From positions 24,722-88,721 of the forward strand of contig JAGOUX010000002.1 of assembly GCA_018061035.1 (NCBI GenBank): a stretch of DNA of 64,000 nt, in the 5' to 3' direction. The notes under the pieces were generated by a model. That model saw only the letters and a list, made by a program, of their open reading frames with translations, was not told the origin of the DNA and ran no database searches. Every line of letters begins with the position of its first letter. Within the stretch, counting starts at the first letter, position 1. The DNA is from Minisyncoccota bacterium. GTDB lineage: Bacteria; Patescibacteriota; Minisyncoccia; Phycocordibacterales; UBA9973. Shown here one piece after another: positions 54,684 through 62,701 of this stretch. The translations under genes and the position numbers were made by a program.

Positions 54684-55286
54684 GTGATATTACCTATCAT
54701 ACAAACAATCGGTATTATCGGAATATTTCTTTTTGTATTCGCTGAGAGTGGTCTTTTCTTCGGGTTCTTCTTGCCTGGTGATTCACTGCTTTTTACTGCG
54801 GGAATTCTCGCGGCAGCCGGACATTTCAATTTGTGGCTTCTATTTATAGGATGTTTTTTTGCCGCAATCTTGGGTGATACAGTGGGATATTGGTTTGGAT
54901 ACAAAATAGGACCAAAGATATTTTCTCGGGAAGATTCTTTTTTTTGGAATAAAAAAAATATTGATAAAACAAGTCTTTTCTACCAAAAATATGGCAACAA
55001 GACTATCGTGCTGGCACGCTTTGTGCCAGTGGTGAGGACATTTGCGCCGATTATGGCTGGAGTAGGTAAGATGAATTATCAAATTTTTCTTTTCTGGAAT
55101 ATTATCGGTGGCTTAGTATGGACAGGGGGAATGATTTTCGGAGGATATTTCTTGGGTAGTAAGGTGAAAAATATTGATAATTATATATTGCCGATAGTGG
55201 TGGCAATTATTTTCCTTTCATTTGTGCCGATATTTATCGAATATATAAAAAACAAAAGAGAGAATACGAAAAAGATCGAAAACTAA
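54684..55286 (+). CDS. DedA-family membrane protein
   Basis: Conserved GFFLPGDSLLFTAG motif and multi-TM topology. Confidence 0.7.
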   Translation: MILPIIQTIGIIGIFLFVFAESGLFFGFFLPGDSLLFTAGILAAAGHFNLWLLFIGCFFAAILGDTVGYWFGYKIGPKIFSREDSFFWNKKNIDKTSLFYQKYGNKTIVLARFVPVVRTFAPIMAGVGKMNYQIFLFWNIIGGLVWTGGMIFGGYFLGSKVKNIDNYILPIVVAIIFLSFVPIFIEYIKNKRENTKKIEN

Positions 55287-55324
55287 TAGCACTAAAACGA
55301 ACGACAAGGTATAATATTATTACA

Positions 55325-56407
55325 ATGTTCAGGAATTCATTTCGTAGATTTTTTCCAACGCCAACTTTTTTATCCATGCCATCTTTCGGTTTGGATATTT
55401 CCGATGAATCGATAAAATTCGTCGAGCTCAATGTCACCAAGGAAGGCATACGCTTGGGCAAATATGGCGAGCGGCCCATAGCTCCTGGAATCATAGAATC
55501 AGGAAAAATTATTGATCCTAAAAAACTTAGCGACCTACTTCAAAATTTGCGTATGACCGAGGGCCTACGTTCTGTGCGTGTGTCTTTGCCCGAAGAACAA
55601 ATATATTTATTTAATCTCAGACTAGAAAAGTCTGGTTTGAAAAGTGTACGTGAGGGAATAGAGCTTTCACTCGAAGAACATATTCCGATACCTGCGCCAG
55701 ATGCTATTTTTGATTACGAATTGCTCGGCGAAGATGCAAAGAGTTTCAACCTTCAGGTGGCGGCTATTCCCAAAAACATAATCGAAGGATATTTATCTGT
55801 ATTTCAGACTGCAGGCATTCGAGTTCAGTCATTTGAATTGGAAGCTCAAGCTATCACACGGGCAGTAATAGAAAAAGGAGATCTGGACACATATATGATA
55901 GTTGATTTTGGAGAGAAACGTACGGGAATATTTATTGTATCGAGGGGTGTGGTGATGTTCACATCCACACTCGATGTGGGCGGAATCATGCTGACTTCTG
56001 TGATTGAAAAGAGTTTCAACGTAAGTTTTGAGGAAGCGGAAAAAATGAAAAAAGAATATGGATTGCAACGCAATGTAGCCAACAAAGAAATTTTCGCTGT
56101 ACTTTTAAATAGTGTATCTATTTTGCGTGATGAAATCGTAAAACATTTCTTATACTGGCACACTCACAAAGATGAAGAGGGGAGGAATAATCAACCAATC
56201 AAAAAGATTATTTTGTGTGGGGGAGATTCGAATCTTATAGGCTTGTCTGATTATTTTTCTGTGAGCATGAAAACAAAGGTCGATATGGCAAATGTCTGGG
56301 TGAATATAGTGGAGACTAGCAAATCTGTGCCCGAAATAAATTTTAAACAAGCACTATCGTTCGCAGCTGCTATCGGATTGGCCTTGGGGGATTTTGAAAA
56401 TAACTAA
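55325..56407 (+). CDS. pilM: type IV pilus assembly protein PilM
   Basis: Actin-like ATPase fold with N-terminal FGLDISDESIKFVEL; followed by pilN/pilO-like genes. Confidence 0.75.
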   Translation: MFRNSFRRFFPTPTFLSMPSFGLDISDESIKFVELNVTKEGIRLGKYGERPIAPGIIESGKIIDPKKLSDLLQNLRMTEGLRSVRVSLPEEQIYLFNLRLEKSGLKSVREGIELSLEEHIPIPAPDAIFDYELLGEDAKSFNLQVAAIPKNIIEGYLSVFQTAGIRVQSFELEAQAITRAVIEKGDLDTYMIVDFGEKRTGIFIVSRGVVMFTSTLDVGGIMLTSVIEKSFNVSFEEAEKMKKEYGLQRNVANKEIFAVLLNSVSILRDEIVKHFLYWHTHKDEEGRNNQPIKKIILCGGDSNLIGLSDYFSVSMKTKVDMANVWVNIVETSKSVPEINFKQALSFAAAIGLALGDFENN

Positions 56408-56408
56408 T

Positions 56409-56951
56409 ATGATCAACTTAATTCCAAATGAAGAAAAGAAAAGAATGCGCCGAGATTTCTATTATCGGCTTACTGTGCTATTTTTATTGGCACTCGGATC
56501 CTCGATCTTTATCGGTGTGGCGGTGATGGTGCCTTCGTATTTTGTTTCAAAGGTGAAGCTAAATGTAGCTGAGAGCAAACTCGCAGCACAGAAAATAGAG
56601 CCTGTACCACTGCCAGATCAAAAAACTCTGGTAATGATCAAGGACTTGGATAATAAACTCACAGTCGTAGAAAAGGCAGAAAAGAATCGTTTTAATGTTT
56701 CTGAAAAGATAATAAATTCAATTTTGGTGAATAAAATGCCAGATATAAAAATTTATGAAATATCTTATGACAATGATTCGACCAAAGGTAAGACGGTAAA
56801 CATACGCGGAGTTGCGCCTTCGAGAGATAGATTATTGTTGTTTCGTTTGGCATTGGAAGGCGACCCAACATGGAAGTCGGTAAATTTGCCAATATCAAAT
56901 TTTATCAAAGGGTCGAACATTCAATTTTCGCTCAGTCTAATTCCATCATAA
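56409..56951 (+). CDS. pilN: type IV pilus assembly protein PilN-like
   Basis: N-terminal INLIPNEEKKR motif plus a single TM and a periplasmic domain. Confidence 0.6.
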   Translation: MINLIPNEEKKRMRRDFYYRLTVLFLLALGSSIFIGVAVMVPSYFVSKVKLNVAESKLAAQKIEPVPLPDQKTLVMIKDLDNKLTVVEKAEKNRFNVSEKIINSILVNKMPDIKIYEISYDNDSTKGKTVNIRGVAPSRDRLLLFRLALEGDPTWKSVNLPISNFIKGSNIQFSLSLIPS

Positions 56952-56952
56952 A

Positions 56953-57492
56953 ATGAAAATCAATTTTCAAAAAATTCCATTTGTACTTTCGATTGTATTT
57001 TTGCTCAGTGCTTGTTTTGCATTTATTTTTCTGTATGGACAAATAATTAATAACAATTCTCAGGCTGAGGTGGTAAATAAAGAATGGGGTTCAGAATTTG
57101 CTAGAAGAGAGGAAATTAAATCTCTCGACAGATCTTTGCGGGCTGTAGATGCTGGTAAGGTTGCCCTCGAATCACACTTTGCCAAGAGCACAGATGCAGT
57201 ACCTTTTTTGGATACAATAGAGTCGTTGGCTGTGGTAGCTGGTGCTCAGTTTGAAATAATATCTGTTGAAGAAGCTGGAACATCAGGGATCTTGGTGCTT
57301 GATGTCAAATCAAAAGGAAGTTTTGAGTCAATATATAAATTTTTAACACTACTTGAAAATTCACCATATGAAATCGAGTTTACTTCAGTAAATGTCACCA
57401 AACCTTTGCCTCAGGGTGGAGTGAATACGAATACCAAGAATGCTGATTGGGAGGGATTGCTCACTATGCGTTTACTAACCTATGTTAAATAG
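56953..57492 (+). CDS. pilO: PilO-like pilus assembly protein
   Basis: N-terminal TM, coiled-coil and C-terminal domain; positioned after pilN. Confidence 0.5.
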   Translation: MKINFQKIPFVLSIVFLLSACFAFIFLYGQIINNNSQAEVVNKEWGSEFARREEIKSLDRSLRAVDAGKVALESHFAKSTDAVPFLDTIESLAVVAGAQFEIISVEEAGTSGILVLDVKSKGSFESIYKFLTLLENSPYEIEFTSVNVTKPLPQGGVNTNTKNADWEGLLTMRLLTYVK

Positions 57493-57503
57493 ATTTCAAA
57501 ATT

Positions 57504-57812
57504 ATGAAAATAGAACTTTTAAAATCAAAGAATCAAATCAAGAAATCTAGGAATAATATAAACCCTGATTTTTATTGGGCAATGGTTTTTGGTGGGGGGT
57601 TGATCGCTACACTAGTTGTTTTTGCATTTGGTTTATATGTTTTCACTAAAACCAATCAGGAATTTGAGTTTACAGACGAGGCCTCGATTAATCAGATCGG
57701 AAATATTAGAAAAGAACGTATAGATAAAGCCCTCTCTTATTTTGAGCGTAATAAGGTCCGGTCAGCTGAAATAATTTCTAATTCATCGCCAGTCGTTGAC
57801 CCATCGCTTTAA
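57504..57812 (+). CDS. small single-TM protein, possibly pilus-associated
   Basis: 102 aa with TM WAMVFGGGLIATLVVFAFGLYVF; last gene of the pilMNO cluster. Confidence 0.3.
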   Translation: MKIELLKSKNQIKKSRNNINPDFYWAMVFGGGLIATLVVFAFGLYVFTKTNQEFEFTDEASINQIGNIRKERIDKALSYFERNKVRSAEIISNSSPVVDPSL

Positions 57813-57845
57813 ACGTGTTAATTTAGATAGGTTAGTCAAATATTT

Positions 57846-57874
57846 ATGCGCTTTAGCTGTTTTGGTAAGTCGTT
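57846..57874 (+). repeat. degenerate tRNA 5'-half-like motif ATGCGCTTTAGCTGTTTTGGTAAGTCGTT upstream of tRNA-Val (same family as the 20891-21040 repeats)
   Basis: Shares TAGCTGTTTTGGTAAGTCGTT with each unit of the tRNA-Lys-proximal array; followed by TTGACT and an AT-rich stretch. Confidence 0.55.
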
Positions 57875-57916
57875 GACTTGTTTTGTAAATATAGTTCTTT
57901 TGTTACTTTAATATAT

Positions 57917-57992
57917 GCGCGGTTAGCTCAGTTGGTAGAGCAACCCGTTTACACCGGGAAGGTCGTAGGTTCGAGTCCTACACCGCGCACCA
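57917..57992 (+). tRNA. tRNA-Val (anticodon TAC), CCA encoded
   Basis: Acceptor GCGCGGT/ACCGCGC, D-arm GCTC-AGTTGGTA-GAGC, anticodon loop TTTACAC, T-loop TTCGAGT. Confidence 0.85.
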
Positions 57993-58001
57993 GCCATCCA
58001 T

Positions 58002-58073
58002 GCCTTCGTAGTTCAATGGATAGAACAGGGCTCTTCTAAGGCCTTGATGTAGGTTCGATTCCTGCCGAAGGCA
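58002..58073 (+). tRNA. tRNA-Arg (anticodon TCT)
   Basis: Acceptor GCCTTCG/CGAAGGC, anticodon loop CTTCTAA (matches E. coli tRNA-Arg-UCU CCUUCUAAG), T-loop TTCGATT. Confidence 0.8.
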
Positions 58074-58075
58074 CA

Positions 58076-58801
58076 ATGAACAAAATAAAAGTTTTATACG
58101 AAGACTCCAATATTCTTGCCATAGACAAACCCTATGGTATTTCAGTGCACCCAGATGGCCGTACCAAAGAGAAGACTATTACAGATTGGGTCATCAAGAA
58201 CTACCCACGAATGAAGAATGTCGGCGAGCCGATGTTTGTGGAAAATAAGGGTAAGAAGATCGAGATCAAGCGTCCAGGAGTAGTGCATCGACTTGATCGT
58301 GATACTTCCGGGGTAATGCTTTTGGCAAAAACTCAAAAAGCGCATGAATTTCTAAAGGAACAATTTCAAAATAGAGAGGTGAAAAAAACATACCAAGCGA
58401 TCGTTTCTGGTTGGTTCAAGGATGAGCGGGGAGTGATCAACAAAAAGATCGGACGAAGCCCGACAGATTTTCGTAAATATTCTGCGAGTCGTGGTGCGCG
58501 AGGGGAGATGCGCGATGCTGTCACCCAGTACAAGGTTCTCAAAAGATTCGAGTCTCCAACAAAATTTACATACCTCGAGATATATCCCAAGACCGGGCGT
58601 ACTCATCAGATTCGAGTGCATATGAAGTCTGTGGACCATCCTGTGGCCTGTGATGCACTTTATAATGCTGGATCTGTGTGCCCTAAGGGATTAAAACGAA
58701 TGGCTCTCCACGCGCTCAAAATTGAATTCAAAGACCTAAAAGGTAAAACTGTAAAAATAGAGTCACCATTACCGTCTGATATCAAAAAATTCATAATTTA
58801 G
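58076..58801 (+). CDS. RluA-family pseudouridine synthase
   Basis: Catalytic HRLDRDTSGVMLLAKT motif; 241 aa. Confidence 0.8.
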   Translation: MNKIKVLYEDSNILAIDKPYGISVHPDGRTKEKTITDWVIKNYPRMKNVGEPMFVENKGKKIEIKRPGVVHRLDRDTSGVMLLAKTQKAHEFLKEQFQNREVKKTYQAIVSGWFKDERGVINKKIGRSPTDFRKYSASRGARGEMRDAVTQYKVLKRFESPTKFTYLEIYPKTGRTHQIRVHMKSVDHPVACDALYNAGSVCPKGLKRMALHALKIEFKDLKGKTVKIESPLPSDIKKFII

Positions 58802-58858
58802 CTGGTCTTTCTGGCTCTGTTTGCCTTTAAAAATATTTTATGCTAAAGTATTTTGGCA

Positions 58859-59260
58859 ATGAAAGTGAATACATTTAAATTCAGCCCAGTAGATATTGAG
58901 GAAAGAAAGAAGTTGGACTTCCAGTCTGGCGACACTATCCGTGTTTGGTCTAAGATTTTGGACGAAAAGGGTAAGTCTCGAACCCAGGCTTTTGAGGGTA
59001 CAGTGCTTGCACGCAAGCATGGCACAGAAGCAGGAGCTACTTTTACTGTTCGACGTATCGCTTCTGGTGTTGGAGTAGAGCGTATCTTCCCATTATATTC
59101 TCCTATGGTAGACAAGGTAGAGATCGTAAAGAAATCTCGAGCCCGCCGATCAAAGTTGTACTACATTCGTACTAAAGCCGTGAAGGATGTTCGACGCAAG
59201 ATGCGAACAAGCACCAATCAGCCTGAAGCTGAGGTGGAGGCGGAAGCAAAGGCAGAATAA
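58859..59260 (+). CDS. rplS: 50S ribosomal protein L19
   Basis: FSPVDIEE...FQSGDTIRV...RTQAFEGTVLARKHG is a canonical L19; basic C-terminal extension. Confidence 0.85.
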   Translation: MKVNTFKFSPVDIEERKKLDFQSGDTIRVWSKILDEKGKSRTQAFEGTVLARKHGTEAGATFTVRRIASGVGVERIFPLYSPMVDKVEIVKKSRARRSKLYYIRTKAVKDVRRKMRTSTNQPEAEVEAEAKAE

Positions 59261-59293
59261 TATTCTGCCTTTTGTTATAATAGAATAGTTTGA

Positions 59294-59357
59294 TTTGCCC
59301 CCGATCGCCTGCTCGTAGACTCGCAACGGCGATTCTGTAAGACAGATTGGGGGCAAA
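59294..59357 (+). other. long imperfect hairpin (TTTGCCCCC.GATCGCC ... GGCGAT ... GGGGGCAAA) between rplS and tRNA-Leu
   Basis: Nested inverted repeats read directly from the sequence; a possible rplS terminator or tRNA-processing structure. Confidence 0.35.
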
Positions 59358-59374
59358 GTAAAGCAGTTTACTTT

Positions 59375-59461
59375 GCCCAGGTGGCGAAACTGGTAGACGT
59401 ACTACCTTGAGGTGGTAGCGCCCGCAAGGGCATGGGAGTTCGAGTCTCCCCCTGGGCACCA
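59375..59461 (+). tRNA. tRNA-Leu (anticodon GAG), class II, CCA encoded
   Basis: Acceptor GCCCAGG/CCTGGGC, anticodon loop TTGAGGT, long variable arm, T-loop TTCGAGT, discriminator A. Confidence 0.85.
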
Positions 59462-59464
59462 ACG

Positions 59465-59492
59465 AAAAATCTAGCACAAGCTAGATTTTTTT
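59465..59492 (+). terminator. rho-independent terminator after tRNA-Leu
   Basis: AAATCTAGC-ACAA-GCTAGATTT followed by TTTT. Confidence 0.55.
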
Positions 59493-59588
59493 GTGGGTAG
59501 GGAGTTCGAAAGACGTAGGTTGTGAGTTGATTTTCTGGCTTAAAATGGTAAAGTCTTTGATAGTTTCACTCGGTCACCTGTTCTTTTT

Positions 59589-59783
59589 TTGGGGAGAAAA
59601 ATGGGACGAAACCTGACACCAGCTTACCTCGCGCCAACGAGCATCATCGACAAGCGTTTGGCGGAAGCACGCGACCGCGCTGCAAAAACGGCAGCACCTG
59701 AAGCCGGCAGCAAGCCAGCCAATCCGGAAGGGACGTACACCCGTCTCGACCATCCGGACGAGACTCCCATCGGCCACGCTTAG
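59589..59783 (+). CDS. small hypothetical protein on a short G+C-rich insert
   Basis: 64-aa ORF; G+C-rich against AT-rich flanks; followed by hairpin CGCCACAAAGAGAAATCTTGTGGCG. Confidence 0.2.
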   Translation: MGRKMGRNLTPAYLAPTSIIDKRLAEARDRAAKTAAPEAGSKPANPEGTYTRLDHPDETPIGHA

Positions 59784-59891
59784 TCGAGCCGCACCAGCCA
59801 CAGTATCACAATAGGTGCAATCAACACCGCCACAAAGAGAAATCTTGTGGCGATTTCTCTTTTAAATGTACAAATGAGTTATAATAATTAT

Positions 59892-59965
59892 ATGGATCCC
59901 GTTGGAAATTCGAAAACGGGAAGTTTTAAGATTAATTATTACTAAGTAAAATTTCTACGGGATGG
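59892..59965 (+). promoter_or_regulatory. second copy of the structured leader element: 17-codon uORF (MDPVGNSKTGSFKINYY) plus inverted repeat whose distal arm covers the msrB ATG
   Basis: Homologous to 3390-3462 along its length (GGATCCCGTTGGAA ... CGGGAA ... ATTAATTA ... TTCTACGGGATGG); TATAAT at 59880-59885 is about 7 nt upstream of the uORF ATG. Confidence 0.4.
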
Positions 59966-60351
59966 ATATAAACGAAGAAGAATTGAAAAATAAATTAACT
60001 CCTGAAGAATATGCAGTGTTGCGCCAGAAGGGAACCGAGGCTCCTGGCACAGGTAAGTATCTGCATGAAAAAAGGCAAGGAACATACGCGTGTAAAGTCT
60101 GTGGGGCAGAACTTTTTCCCTCAGACACCAAATTTGATTCCGGAACAGGATGGCCATCTTTCGATCAGGCTATCCCAGGAGCAGTAAAAGAGATCACTGA
60201 TGATTCCCATGGCATGAGTCGCACCGAAGTGGTGTGCGCGAATTGCGGTTCGCATCTCGGCCATGTATTTGATGATGGCCCTACCGAGACAGGTAAGAGA
60301 TATTGCATGAATTCTGTTTGTTTAGATTTGAAAGCAAAGGACGGAGAGTAA
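59962..60351 (+). CDS. msrB: peptide-methionine (R)-S-oxide reductase MsrB
   Basis: Two CxxC zinc motifs ([21 protein letters not shown]) and catalytic region GTGWPSF. Confidence 0.85.
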   Translation: MDINEEELKNKLTPEEYAVLRQKGTEAPGTGKYLHEKRQGTYACKVCGAELFPSDTKFDSGTGWPSFDQAIPGAVKEITDDSHGMSRTEVVCANCGSHLGHVFDDGPTETGKRYCMNSVCLDLKAKDGE

Positions 60352-60388
60352 TATTGTTTTCGAAGTCCGGAATTGTTAGAATTAGTTT

Positions 60389-60847
60389 ATGATTATCACA
60401 GATGAAGTTGTGCTTCGAGGTATTATTTTTATTCTAACCGTTTGCGGTTTTTTTATTTCTAAACACATTCATACGGGGAAGCAAAAAGCAGAGCCACTTG
60501 TCTGCCCAATGAATTTTAATTGTCATGCCGTAGTGCATAGTGAATACTCAAGCTTCTTTGGAATAAATCTCGAGGTTTTCGGTATGATCTATTACGCGCT
60601 CGTAGCACTGCTATATCTCGCGCTTATGTTTGTCGTTGCTCCATTGCCTTTCTTCCTCAGCATCTCGCTTGTAGTGCTTGCAACTGGGGCATTCTTGTTT
60701 TCCATTTATCTTACTCTGGTACAGCTTGTTATCCTCAAGGAAGGCTGTTTCTGGTGTTTCGTTTCAGCATTCATCTCTCTCATTGTTTTCGTTATCGCTG
60801 TCTTCTTGTACGACCTCGGACCTATCATCCGCACTCTATTAAGCTAA
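60389..60847 (+). CDS. vitamin K epoxide reductase (VKOR) family membrane protein
   Basis: Loop cysteine pair C-x6-C (LVCPMNFNCH), conserved SEYSSFFG segment and TM CxxC (CFWC). Confidence 0.55.
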   Translation: MIITDEVVLRGIIFILTVCGFFISKHIHTGKQKAEPLVCPMNFNCHAVVHSEYSSFFGINLEVFGMIYYALVALLYLALMFVVAPLPFFLSISLVVLATGAFLFSIYLTLVQLVILKEGCFWCFVSAFISLIVFVIAVFLYDLGPIIRTLLS

Positions 60848-60893
60848 GCATATAGCATTTCTCAGTAATTTTTGCTAAAGTACCTCTACACAT

Positions 60894-60969
60894 GGTGCCT
60901 ATGGTGTAATGGTTAGCACTAGAGCTTGTGGAGCTCTTAGTCAGGGTTCGAATCCCTGTAGGCACCCCA
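60894..60969 (+). tRNA. tRNA-His (anticodon GTG) with encoded G-1 and CCA
   Basis: G-1 + GTGCCTA/TAGGCAC acceptor, anticodon loop TTGTGGA, T-loop TTCGAAT, discriminator C. Confidence 0.85.
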
Positions 60970-61051
60970 GTATTTTAAATATGATTAACAAGGGTTAAAA
61001 TTTGACACCCTACAAGGAATCGAACTTTTGTAAATAATTTCGTGTTAAAAT

Positions 61052-62149
61052 ATGACTATGACAAAATTCATACCAGGAATGAAATTGAGTAAGTTGTATT
61101 ACGAAAAAGAAGTAAGACCTATTTTAGATAAAAGCTTCCCTGATCTCAAATACTCGGCTGGTCTATTTGGCTGGGGTTCAGAGGTTTTAGGTTATGACAC
61201 AGAAATCTCAAGAGATCATAATTGGGGGCCACGAGTATTTATATTTCTTGGAGAAAAGGATTACTCAAAATTAAAAGATAAAATTGATAAACTCTTAGCT
61301 GAAAAATTATCCTACAATTTTATGGGGTATTCAACTAACTACAGCAAATCAGCTTTAAACGGTGTAAAACACCCTGTAAAAATAACTTCAGGAAGAGTGA
61401 ATCATATGGTTGGTGTTTATACAATAAAATCCTTTTTTGAAATGCGCCTGAAGTTTAACCCCGAGAAAAAAATAACAGCATCTAATTGGTTAAGTTTTCC
61501 ACAACAAAGATTATTAGAAATAATCAGTGGGGAAGTTTTTCATGACGGATTAGGTAAGTTAAAAAAAGCTAGGGAAAAGTTCGAGTATTATCCAAAAGAT
61601 ATTTGGTTATATATATTAGCTTCTCAATGGACTAGAATTTCTCAAGAAGAAGCTTTTGTGGGTCGCACAGGACATGCAGGGGATGAATTAGGTTCGCAGG
61701 TCGTGGCCTGTAGAATTGTCCGAGACATAATGAAATTATGTTTTTTAATGGAGAAAAAATACTATCCTTACAGTAAGTGGTTTGGCACCGCGTTTAGTAA
61801 ATTGAAAGTGGCTAAGCAACTTTCTCCATTACTTAGAAAAGTTTTATTATCTCAATCCTGGGAACAAAGAGAGAGGGAGCTTTCTAAGGCATACAAAATA
61901 ATTATTAAAGCGCATAATTCCTTAAAAATAACGCAGCCGTTCCCAGTAAAAGTATCTAAATACTATGGTAGGCCATACCTTGTAATTCATGGGGAAGGAT
62001 TCGCTAAGGCAATAAAAGGAGAAATTAAAGACTCAGAAGTAAAGAAAATAAAAACAAATATAGGTTCCGTGGATCAATTTACAGATAGTACAGACATAAC
62101 GGAAAACCTTAATATTTGCCATCAATTAAGTTTACTTCATAAGAATTAA
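61052..62149 (+). CDS. hypothetical protein (possibly nucleotidyltransferase-associated / DUF4037-like)
   Basis: 365-aa ORF downstream of tRNA-His. There is no clear catalytic motif, so the family call is weak. Confidence 0.35.
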   Translation: MTMTKFIPGMKLSKLYYEKEVRPILDKSFPDLKYSAGLFGWGSEVLGYDTEISRDHNWGPRVFIFLGEKDYSKLKDKIDKLLAEKLSYNFMGYSTNYSKSALNGVKHPVKITSGRVNHMVGVYTIKSFFEMRLKFNPEKKITASNWLSFPQQRLLEIISGEVFHDGLGKLKKAREKFEYYPKDIWLYILASQWTRISQEEAFVGRTGHAGDELGSQVVACRIVRDIMKLCFLMEKKYYPYSKWFGTAFSKLKVAKQLSPLLRKVLLSQSWEQRERELSKAYKIIIKAHNSLKITQPFPVKVSKYYGRPYLVIHGEGFAKAIKGEIKDSEVKKIKTNIGSVDQFTDSTDITENLNICHQLSLLHKN

Positions 62150-62433
62150 TGTGGTCCTTGATACTAGCGATTTTCGTGTATAATGACTCCATGTATTCGG
62201 CATCTTCCATTATTCGTATAATAGTGTTTGGATACTGACCCAAATAATCGGAGATTTTTGGGTGCCTAAGCGTGCAAACTACTTTGCACGCGACAGGGAT
62301 GAGAAAAGCTTTTCGTTATGGGCGAGCGATTTATCGCGAATCCATCGAAAAGGTATACTGGTCATGTAATGACCGAAATTCCCTGTAGGCCTAAAAAATA
62401 AAAAGGGAACCGAGTTATCCCCAGGTGATATTG

Positions 62434-62462
62434 TTGACAGTGAACGCTCGTTCACTTATACT
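62434..62462 (+). promoter_or_regulatory. sigma70-type promoter TTGACA-17-TATACT whose spacer carries a Gram-positive-type SOS (Cheo) box GAACGCTCGTTC
   Basis: Hexamers at 62434-62439 and 62457-62462; GAAC-N4-GTTC at 62442-62453; upstream of the small ORF and lexA. Confidence 0.6.
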
Positions 62463-62503
62463 AATTAAGTAGTAAGTTATTAGTATTTAATCAATAAAAT
62501 CAC

Positions 62504-62698
62504 ATGTCACAATCACAATATTTAAAAATGTTAGAGAGGGAAATCCAAAAGATCAACAAGATAATAGATATGAAGATCATGCGAGGGGAGGTATACTTCA
62601 AAGAGGCGAGAGACCATAAGCTAATGCTTCGAAAGGTTCGATACCACGCACGACAGAATTTCTTTCGGAAATTTTTTCCAACACTTTTCGCTTACTAA
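62504..62698 (+). CDS. small basic protein co-transcribed upstream of lexA (SOS-regulated, function unknown)
   Basis: 64-aa ORF ending 3 nt before the lexA ATG, downstream of the SOS-box promoter. Confidence 0.35.
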   Translation: MSQSQYLKMLEREIQKINKIIDMKIMRGEVYFKEARDHKLMLRKVRYHARQNFFRKFFPTLFAY

Positions 62699-62701
62699 TA
62701 T

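Noticed and set aside
62160-62400. Possible tyrosine-integrase C-terminal remnant on the minus strand between the 61052 gene and the lexA operon (a frame reading ...CTLRHPKISDYLGQYPNTIIRIMEDAEYMESLYTKI)
   Set aside because: Only a loose LRH...Y resemblance to integrase box II, broken by stops in all frames, and partly antisense to a real gene. Insufficient to call a pseudogene.
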